From: Candidatus Latescibacterota bacterium
GTDB taxonomy: Bacteria; Latescibacterota; UBA2968; UBA8231
DNA: 64,000 nt
Direction: 5' to 3'
Assembly: GCA_965248265.1 (NCBI GenBank)
Contig: CBDFJF010000002.1
Span: 256,001-320,000 of the forward strand
The notes below the pieces were generated by a model. The model searched no databases. It was not told the origin of the DNA and saw only the letters and a list, made by a program, of their open reading frames with translations. Of the stretch, positions 57,067 to 64,000 are shown in pieces (position 1 is the stretch's first letter; every line of letters begins with the position of its first letter). A program made the translations under genes and the position numbers.

Positions 57067-58059
57067 TCAGTCAGCGAGCTGACGCATGGCGGCCAGGATT
57101 TCCAGGGACCGGTGGCATGCGGCGGGATCGAATATACGCACGGTCGTCATGAGTTCATCGGCATCGGTCTCGGCGATGAGGGCGCTGACGCCGCCCTTCA
57201 CCGTCTCAGGTGAACCCACGTAAGAGTAGGTCAGCTTGTGCTCGACTGCCGGTTTCTCCATCGGTGTCCAGCAGGTGTCTATGTCATCAACCGCAGGTCC
57301 CAGCTGGTTGCGCTGACCGCGCACCATGCCGATGGCCTGAATCTGCTGTGAAGTGAACAGCCGAACGGCCTCCTCGTCGCTGTCTGCGGCAACAACGTTC
57401 AGACCAACGATTACATAAGGCTGTGGCAGATGCTCTGAAGGTTGGAAGCCGCTGCGGTAAGCATGTAGCGCATCATGCAGCATGTCAGGTGCAAAGTGCG
57501 AGGCGAAGGCATAGGGCAATCCCAGGTGCGCAGCCAACTGGGCGCTGAACAGGCTCGAGCCTAGCAGCCAGACGGGCACCTGCAATCCCGCACCGGGCAC
57601 GGCGCGAACCGTCTGTTCCGGCTCCGGAGTGCTGAAGTAGGTCTGAAGCTCGATAACGTCGTGGGGGAATTGCTGTCCTGACCCGGTACGGTCGCGCCGT
57701 AGCGCCCGTGCCGTTATCGGATCCGTCCCCGGCGCACGGCCCAGCCCCAGATCAATTCGACCGGGGAACAGCGACTCCAGGGTGCCGAACTGCTCGGCGA
57801 TTACCAACGGCGCGTGGTTGGGAAGCATGATGCCGCCGGCGCCGACGCGGATCGTTTGGGTTCCTGCGGCGACATGACCGATCAGAACGCTGGTCGCGGC
57901 GCTGCCGATGCCGCCCATGTTGTGGTGCTCGGCGAGCCAGTAGCGGTGGTAGCCGAGCTTTTCGGCGTGTTGCGCCTGCTCGAGCATGAGGTGGAAGGCC
58001 TGTGAGGCGTCACCACCTTGCCGGATCGGCGCGAGATCAAGGATGGAAAAGGGAATCAC
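57067..58059 (-). CDS. Luciferase-like (LLM class) flavin-dependent monooxygenase, YhbW-like
   Basis: [64 protein letters not shown]; start placed at GTG 58059. Confidence 0.92.
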   Translation of the reverse strand: MIPFSILDLAPIRQGGDASQAFHLMLEQAQHAEKLGYHRYWLAEHHNMGGIGSAATSVLIGHVAAGTQTIRVGAGGIMLPNHAPLVIAEQFGTLESLFPGRIDLGLGRAPGTDPITARALRRDRTGSGQQFPHDVIELQTYFSTPEPEQTVRAVPGAGLQVPVWLLGSSLFSAQLAAHLGLPYAFASHFAPDMLHDALHAYRSGFQPSEHLPQPYVIVGLNVVAADSDEEAVRLFTSQQIQAIGMVRGQRNQLGPAVDDIDTCWTPMEKPAVEHKLTYSYVGSPETVKGGVSALIAETDADELMTTVRIFDPAACHRSLEILAAMRQLAD

Positions 58060-58476
58060 AGGGGAGGCTGGACAGTCAAAAGGTTGGGGTAATCGTAAGT
58101 TGCTGACTTCGAGCCCATGAAGGTAATGGCTGTGGACAAATTCACCACAATCGAACCTGGGACTCAGAGCTGGCCGCAACTAACCGAGCGGAGTCAACGC
58201 CTCTCCCGGAGTCGGGCCCCATCATCGTTTCCGAACGAGGTCGAAACTCTAAACAAAATAGTATTAACAACGTATATACTTTTTCCCGCCTGCTGGAGCA
58301 CCGTTGGCAGATCAAATACATTGGTCATCCGTTGCCAGGTGGTGGATGGCTAAAAAGTGCAAGAATAGCGGCAAATTGCCAACCGTCACGGATTCCACTG
58401 TGAGATTCATCACCGCTTCTGTGCAGACTGTGCGTAGCTTTCATCAAGTTTTCGTCACACTCCGTTCGAGGAAGAT

Positions 58477-58806
58477 ATGAGCTGGGTATTTGCCTTGGCT
58501 AGCATAGGAATGCTGTTGGTGCTGGGAGAGATGGTTATTCGGTACCTCAAAGAAGTCGAAGGTACGAAGCGGCAGGGGCAGGAGACTCATCTGCAGATCG
58601 AGGCCAACCTCAAGGCCATAGAGGAGGCGCGAAAGGAAACGGAGGAAGTCAGATCGAGGGTCTTGCGGGCGGAAACGGAAGTTCAATCGCTCAAAGAGAA
58701 ACTGACAAAAGGTGTCGCTGAGGAGATTGAGCTCGAAGGCAGGGAACTGAAGCGAAATCCCACCCGGCATAAGCTGGAGGATACCGAGAGCGACTCAGAT
58801 GACTGA
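58477..58806 (+). CDS. Small single-pass membrane coiled-coil protein
   Basis: GAGGAAG RBS, N-terminal hydrophobic helix, E/K/R-rich heptad-like region, acidic tail. Confidence 0.65.
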   Translation: MSWVFALASIGMLLVLGEMVIRYLKEVEGTKRQGQETHLQIEANLKAIEEARKETEEVRSRVLRAETEVQSLKEKLTKGVAEEIELEGRELKRNPTRHKLEDTESDSDD

Positions 58807-59116
58807 ATTCCTGGTAGCCGTAACAATTCTCATGGCGCTCGGCAGCGTGCTCTTGAAGGGCCATCTGGCCGGCAATGTGGAGCGCTACAAGAAGGAACTT
58901 GCCAACATGATTGTCGAGCAACAAAAGACGGCGCAGCTGCTGCGTCAAACTGAAGCCGTTCTGGCGACCGTCAACGACAAGGAACGTGATATGCTGCGGA
59001 ACAAGAAGAAAGCGGCCGCGGAGTTGGCGGCGTTTCAGGGTGCGGGGGATGGCGATGGCGATGCCGATTCGGAGGCAGATGACTCTGGTGAGGACGCCGG
59101 TGAGGAGAACGGATAG
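58799..59116 (+). CDS. Small single-pass membrane coiled-coil protein
   Basis: Overlaps the previous stop; N-terminal hydrophobic helix, coiled-coil-like region, D/E/G-rich tail. Confidence 0.65.
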   Translation: MTEFLVAVTILMALGSVLLKGHLAGNVERYKKELANMIVEQQKTAQLLRQTEAVLATVNDKERDMLRNKKKAAAELAAFQGAGDGDGDADSEADDSGEDAGEENG

Positions 59117-59800
59117 CTACTCGCCGAACCTTCTGCGTAGCCAAACGAACGGTAGGTGCATAATAGCAAAGCAGGTCATGAACGCCAGCGAAGTAACCGC
59201 AAGGAAGAACCAATGCGGGTACTGATGGAGAAACTCGATTTTCGGTGCTGACAGGGTGAAAAAGTAGTTGGTGTGAAGGAAGAGGTTGATTGGCGTGATG
59301 AGCAAAGCGTACAGATGAACGGCGAGATAGCTGTACATGACGGCACCAAAACGTGGGTGGTAACCCCGGCCGAACGTGAAGTAAAAACCAACACCGACAA
59401 GCGCGATGTGGGTGACGAAATAGCGAATCTCGGCGATGGGACGGATCGATCCGGTTTCTGAAATTGCCGGCACCAAGACTGCGATCAAGGCGCCGGTGAC
59501 GCCAGCGTAGTACGAAAGTTCAGCCAGCCGCCTGTTCGCCGTCGCCAACGTGATCAGCATGATGAACACCGATATGTCGCACAGGTGCAGAGGCAAGTTA
59601 TCGACCAGCGCAACGCCACCTGTGGTATGTCTGTAGAGAAACCAAGCCAGCTCGTTCAACGACACGATGACGAACAGGGAGGCGCGCGCGACACCGTGCC
59701 AGCGAGAATCAAGCTGAAGACGGACCATCGCGATACAGCAGGCGACGAACAGGACGCCAAGACCCAGCCAGATCAAGTGTTGAGGCGAGAAGACTGTCAT
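59117..59800 (-). CDS. YwaF/TMEM164-like integral membrane protein
   Basis: FSPQHL start, LPLHLCD motif, YFVTH, TNYFF; multiple TM helices; true start is the internal ATG at 59800. Confidence 0.8.
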   Translation of the reverse strand: MTVFSPQHLIWLGLGVLFVACCIAMVRLQLDSRWHGVARASLFVIVSLNELAWFLYRHTTGGVALVDNLPLHLCDISVFIMLITLATANRRLAELSYYAGVTGALIAVLVPAISETGSIRPIAEIRYFVTHIALVGVGFYFTFGRGYHPRFGAVMYSYLAVHLYALLITPINLFLHTNYFFTLSAPKIEFLHQYPHWFFLAVTSLAFMTCFAIMHLPFVWLRRRFGE

Positions 59801-59807
59801 CGAGTAG

Positions 59808-60914
59808 TCAAAACACCTGCGAAAACGTGATGTAGATGGCGGTACGGTTTTTCGAAGAGCCGTAGTCCGCCCGCACGATCGTGCTGTGCCAGTGGTATCG
59901 AAGGCCGGCGCCCCGTCCGTGGCGCCACTCGTCAGCGTCAGGCAGATCGTTTCGCGCGAAGGTTTGGCCGCCATCGGCAAACAGGACCAGTCCCAGGTAC
60001 ATCTGCTTGCCGCCCCACAACTGCACTCCGCGCCACCGCAGTTCCCCGTTGTACAATACACGCGCCTGGCCACGATCTCTGGCGCTCGAGACGCCGCGCA
60101 CCGTGCTGCTTCCACCCAGTGCCAGCTCTTCGTAGAATGGCAAATCGCCCACAGTCCAGTCGACACCAACCCGGTGGGCGAAAACGATTCCGTCCCGCAA
60201 GGGCAGGAAGTGGCGGTGACCGAAACTGATACTGGCGCCGTTGAAATCACCGCCGCCTCCGATCCCGTACTCGACGAGGACCTCCTCGAGCATTCCGCGT
60301 GTGGTGTTGTTGTAGTTGTCGCGCGTGTCGTACCTGACGGCACCGTTCAGTTGGAAGAGGCTGCCTCCCTCCGATCCAAGTGGAGCGAGCTCCTCAAGGA
60401 TGCTGTTGGCTGCGTTCGGTGTGATGTCGTTGTAGCTGATGCGTCCCCCGGCACGCAAGTGCCAGCGACCGGCAAGCTCCCGAATCCACTTCACCTTGAG
60501 TTCGGGAAAGGCCTGCGAGAAGGTCCGTTCCTCTCGCGTGCGCGAATCAATCGCCTTATCTGGAAGGTCACCGTAGTAATTGGCGAAATCCTCCTTCTCG
60601 TAGACGAGCTCCACTTCCAATCGTTGTCCAGGCCGGTAGGCCGGGGTGTCCATCAACAGGCGGTGGACCCACTTGCCTTTGGTCGTAGCAAATGCTTGCG
60701 CGCTGTACTTGCGACGGTAGGGCACGCTCTCGCCGTCGTACTCGAAGAGATTGAAACGAACGCCGTACCCGGTGCCGTCGTCGGAGCTGAAATTGACGAG
60801 CGGCACGGCGGTCGGACGCCAGCCAACGCTTTCGTGAGATTGCACGGCATTGCACGGAGTTGGCACAAGGCTGGCGACAATGAGGGCGGTCGATAACGAC
60901 AACAGGATTGGCAA
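59808..60914 (-). CDS. Omp85/BamA-TamA family outer-membrane beta-barrel without POTRA domains
   Basis: PLVNFSSDDGTGYG first strand, YDTRDN, LGGSSTVRG (VRG motif), ELRW, FADGG, GAGLRY, RADYG, terminal Phe; start codon uncertain (ORF open to 61031). Confidence 0.82.
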   Translation of the reverse strand: MPILLSLSTALIVASLVPTPCNAVQSHESVGWRPTAVPLVNFSSDDGTGYGVRFNLFEYDGESVPYRRKYSAQAFATTKGKWVHRLLMDTPAYRPGQRLEVELVYEKEDFANYYGDLPDKAIDSRTREERTFSQAFPELKVKWIRELAGRWHLRAGGRISYNDITPNAANSILEELAPLGSEGGSLFQLNGAVRYDTRDNYNNTTRGMLEEVLVEYGIGGGGDFNGASISFGHRHFLPLRDGIVFAHRVGVDWTVGDLPFYEELALGGSSTVRGVSSARDRGQARVLYNGELRWRGVQLWGGKQMYLGLVLFADGGQTFARNDLPDADEWRHGRGAGLRYHWHSTIVRADYGSSKNRTAIYITFSQVF

Positions 60915-61199
60915 CCTGCTACGAATTCCAAAACAGCGTCTTGCCCTGGTCCGGACAGCTGTACGGGATATGGTTTTAACTGCCAGCATTTCTAACGGCG
61001 TTGCCCTGGGCAATCTCCTGTTTTTCATCACGTTATCGGCGCTCGGTTGTTTGCAGGTTCTGGCGAGATATTGGAAATCTTACCTGGTTCAATGCGGACA
61101 GCCGCACAAGGTTCACGCATCGGCTCCCGTTTGCTGGGCCTGGGGCCAATCCCTACAACAGCAAACCCCTGCAAACGCCATTCCAGGTCTTTCGATACC

Positions 61200-61345
61200 C
61201 GCCAGCTACATCACCGAGTGGGATACCATCGGCAGCGAATCAGTGATCCGATCTGGCAGTGGGAATTCCACAGGGGATTTTTCGCGTAACATCGCCATCG
61301 ACGATGAGGGCTCATTCTTCGTGGCTGATGCGAGGACGACAGATT
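61200..61345 (+). pseudogene. Possible remnant of an NHL-repeat protein gene
   Basis: Translates as YITEWDTIGS…GSGNSTGDFSRNIAIDDEGSFFVADA, resembling a single NHL blade; no convincing start or continuation. Confidence 0.35.
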
Positions 61346-61348
61346 GGC

Positions 61349-61828
61349 TTACCAGAGGCTCGGTTCGCCCTCACCTGCAGTCCGTACGGCGCCGACGCTG
61401 GCTCGGCGCACCCGGTGGGCCAACAACTCGACGGTTGTCTCCAGAATTTTCACGAAAAGTGCCGGTTGGCTGTCGATGAGTCCGTGCAGTGAGTCACGCG
61501 TCAGGGACAAAGCCGTAGACTCTTCGACCGCCGTGAAACCAACGAAGCGCTTGTTGCCGGTGAGACAGGCCATCTCACCGAAGGAAGCGCCAGGCAGGAC
61601 CTGGCCTATGACCTGTGCGGCTTCGTCGACGACGTGAAGCTTTCCGGTGATGAGGACGAGCATGTCGACGCCCTCGTCGCCTGGTTGCCACACCACCTCG
61701 TCGGCGGCAAAAGCGCGTCGCTGGCACAGCGAGAGGATGTGCAGGCCTTCGTCTTCCGTGAGTGCCCGAAATATCTCAAGCTTCTTGACGACTCTGATTA
61801 ATCCATATCGGTCTTTGGATTTCGCCAT
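61349..61828 (-). CDS. Stand-alone cyclic-nucleotide-binding (Crp-type sensory) domain protein
   Basis: IFRAL…F…VW.PGD.G..M.V.ITGKL.V, PGASFGEMACL…KR; no HTH. Confidence 0.82.
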   Translation of the reverse strand: MAKSKDRYGLIRVVKKLEIFRALTEDEGLHILSLCQRRAFAADEVVWQPGDEGVDMLVLITGKLHVVDEAAQVIGQVLPGASFGEMACLTGNKRFVGFTAVEESTALSLTRDSLHGLIDSQPALFVKILETTVELLAHRVRRASVGAVRTAGEGEPSLW

Positions 61829-62026
61829 TTCACTTTTCCACTCAAGGCACGTTCGACTTCCGGGTCTGGAACGGGGGTGCCACTATTACTGGACTCCTCG
61901 GGGATGGCAGTCTGATGCTGTGAATATAGTGAGTGAACAGCCCACCGCACGAGTCAGACTTGCCGAGTGACTTGCCTGTTCTACACATTTTTTATATAAA
62001 TTGCGCGTGCGGGAAGTACAAGACCA

Positions 62027-62947
62027 TCACGTGGGAGAAGGAAGCGTAGCCGGCACACCGCGCAGCGCTGCCAGCGGCATGTCGTAGAACACCGTGCGGA
62101 TTTGCGTCGATATATCCTCGATGTTGTCTTCGAGAAACACCCCGCCGTTGCGCAGGTCGGCCGTGTCGATGACGTAGAGGCGGGCCTCTTCTTCGGTGGC
62201 GCCGGAGTACTCCTGGACGAATGCCGTGGCGTCCTCCAACGCCAGCCTGATGGCTTCACGCCGGTCGACCCGGCTGGCAATGAAGGCCATGGTGTTATTG
62301 GTACGTACGGCCGGCCGTACCAGGGGCAGCTGGTTGTCTTTGCGAATGACGAGGGTGACTTCGCCGGCCATTTCGGCGGCGACGCCGAATGACTCGCCCT
62401 CTCCCATGATGCCGTGCAGATCGCCCAGCACTACCAACCCACCTTCAAGCTGAGACCGTAGATAGAGAACATTCCCCTGCCGGATCAGGGTGACGTCCAT
62501 GTTGCCACCGTGGTCGCCAGGGTTCGGTGCGCCGGCGTCGGCCGGTGTGACGTGGATTTCGCCGATCATGGTACGCAATGGAACCTGACCCACGCCCGGA
62601 AAGCGGCACATTCCATCGGCGATTTCCAGGAAACAGTGGCGGACGGTCTCATAGTATGCCCCCGTCTTCGCCATGGCTCTGCTGCGGGCGTGTCCTTCGG
62701 GGCGGATGTCGTGGATCTCGATGGCCAGCAGGTCGCCGGGTTGGACACCGCGCACAAAGATCGGCCCGGTCTGCTGGCGCGGGATGAAGGCATTCTCCAC
62801 GTCGCCGGCGTCGCGGATGATTGGCTGCCCGCTGTTGATGGTTTCGACGACGAGGGTTTCGCCGTCATCGATCTCGATGGCCGGATGGCGAAAGGCGTAG
62901 CTGTCCTGGTTGGGGACCAAGTGGTCGCGGGTGAGGCGGGAGATCAT
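62027..62947 (-). CDS. Acetamidase/formamidase family protein
   Basis: TGPIFVRGVQPGDLLAIEI, HGGNMD, GDLHGIMGEGE. Confidence 0.88.
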   Translation of the reverse strand: MISRLTRDHLVPNQDSYAFRHPAIEIDDGETLVVETINSGQPIIRDAGDVENAFIPRQQTGPIFVRGVQPGDLLAIEIHDIRPEGHARSRAMAKTGAYYETVRHCFLEIADGMCRFPGVGQVPLRTMIGEIHVTPADAGAPNPGDHGGNMDVTLIRQGNVLYLRSQLEGGLVVLGDLHGIMGEGESFGVAAEMAGEVTLVIRKDNQLPLVRPAVRTNNTMAFIASRVDRREAIRLALEDATAFVQEYSGATEEEARLYVIDTADLRNGGVFLEDNIEDISTQIRTVFYDMPLAALRGVPATLPSPT

Positions 62948-62961
62948 GGTCCCGGTGGCCC

Positions 62962-63310
62962 TCAGAAGCTCATAACGGTTTCTATGGTCGTGATGCGCTC
63001 GCGATCAAGGCGTCCATCAGCCCCGCGGGCGAACAGGAAGCGGGTATCCCACTGAATCGACACCCCACCGCTGACCTCCATGTCGATGACATACCCGTAG
63101 AAGGTGTCTTCCGTTGACTCGAAGAAGCCGTCGTCGCCCGTGCCGTCCTCGTTGAGCCCGACGCCGATGTTGTTTTTCTGATAGTAGGCACGTGCCTGGT
63201 TCAGGCGGGGTACCATGTCGAGCCAATCGCTTGGAGAGTTGGGCGCTGGTGTGCACCTGCTGCTTGGGGTCATCGCCTCCGGTGAGGAACTGGTAGTCAG
63301 CCGAACTTGG
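62962..63310 (-). pseudogene. Frameshifted 3' fragment of a probable outer-membrane/exported protein gene
   Basis: DYQFLTGGDDPKQQVHTSAQLSK in one frame continues as DWLDMVPRLNQARAYYQKNNIG…ITTIETVMSF* in another; no 5' part is present. Confidence 0.5.
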
Positions 63311-63443
63311 GCACCGACAACTTAGGGCACCGGCAACGGCGCGCCAGCGATCAAGGTGTTGCCCTCTTGCGCTCACAAGCACAAGAGGCCTTCGTTGGCG
63401 TTGACCAGGTTGTAGCCATAACCAGAAACCACACAGGAGTGTC

Positions 63444-64000
63444 ATGGATTTGGTTCGCTATCCGGACAGTCGAGTTGAAGTGCTTGACGATCGCTTCGCC
63501 AAATACAAGATAAACTCGGCAGCTCTTGAGATGCTGTGGACGGGGGGGCGCTGGTTGGAGGGTCCGGTCTGGTTCGGAGGCGGGCGCTACCTGCTCTTCA
63601 GCGACATTCCCAACAACCGGATACTGAAATGGGAGGAGGAAACGGGGGAGGTCTCCGTATTCCGCAAACCGTCCAACAACACCAATGGCAACACCCGTGA
63701 TCGGCAAGGGCGGCTGGTCTCGTGCGAGCACGACAGGCGCAGGGTTACGCGCACGGAGCACGATGGCTCCATCACGGTGTTGATGGACCGGTTTGAGGGC
63801 AAGGCGCTGAACGCTCCCAATGATGTTATAGTGAAATCGGATGACTCGATCTGGTTCACGGACCCGGGGTACGGCATTCTGATGGATTACGAGGGGCACC
63901 GGGCGTCGTTCGAACTCGACACCAGTGTCTATCGTCTCGATCTGCAAACCATGCAAGCAGAGGTCGTGGCCGATGATTTTTCGCGTCCCAACGGGCTCTG
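63444..64000 (+). CDS. SMP-30/gluconolactonase/LRE family protein, 3' end runs off the window
   Basis: My translation from ATG 63444 after AGGAG: MDLVRYPD…WLEGPVWF…LLFSDIPNNRI…NGNTRDRQGRLVSCEH…LNAPNDVIV…WFTDPGYG…RPNGL. Confidence 0.92.
   Translation, partial: MDLVRYPDSRVEVLDDRFAKYKINSAALEMLWTGGRWLEGPVWFGGGRYLLFSDIPNNRILKWEEETGEVSVFRKPSNNTNGNTRDRQGRLVSCEHDRRRVTRTEHDGSITVLMDRFEGKALNAPNDVIVKSDDSIWFTDPGYGILMDYEGHRASFELDTSVYRLDLQTMQAEVVADDFSRPNGL

Noticed and set aside
58130-58150. TGTGGACAA / TTCACCACA as DnaA boxes marking oriC
   Set aside because: Only two degenerate matches and no dnaA, dnaN, gyrB or par context; insufficient.
59801-60343. N-terminal 180 aa of the 408-aa ORF 59117-60343
   Set aside because: Overlaps the Omp85 gene in another frame; the real membrane protein starts at ATG 59800.

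Overview
A GC-rich bacterial window with about 50 CDSs and no rRNA, tRNA, CRISPR array, integrase or transposase that I can recognise. Most of it is catabolic and transport cargo: a divergently split Opp/Dpp-type ABC importer, three PhyH-type Fe(II)/2OG dioxygenases, two aldo-keto reductases, two SDRs, two Gfo/Idh/MocA oxidoreductases, an enolase-superfamily dehydratase, a sulfatase-fold protein, three ABC exporters, NHL- and L-domain/LRR-repeat surface proteins, a metzincin and an Omp85 barrel. The FlgD-Ig/'YPNPFN' secretion tail and this enzyme repertoire suggest an uncultured FCB-group diderm such as Ca. Latescibacterota; that is an inference and was not tested. The most striking element is a stand-alone fliN-fliN-fliG-fliM operon (16854-19625) with no other flagellar or chemotaxis gene in the window. 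Its FliM lacks the CheY-P-binding N-terminal peptide. Its FliG has a charge reversal at a key torque-helix arginine and an N-terminal extension resembling the FliF C-terminal tail, which suggests a repurposed, possibly membrane-independent C-ring. Other notable items are three paralogs of an unannotated ~630-aa enzyme family, a very divergent isocitrate-dehydrogenase-like protein that keeps its catalytic residues, an HxG-type (halogenase-like) PhyH protein, tandem ABC exporters with N-terminal Zn-ribbon extensions, and several deletion, frameshift or nonsense scars. All family assignments come from motif recognition by eye; no database search was run.
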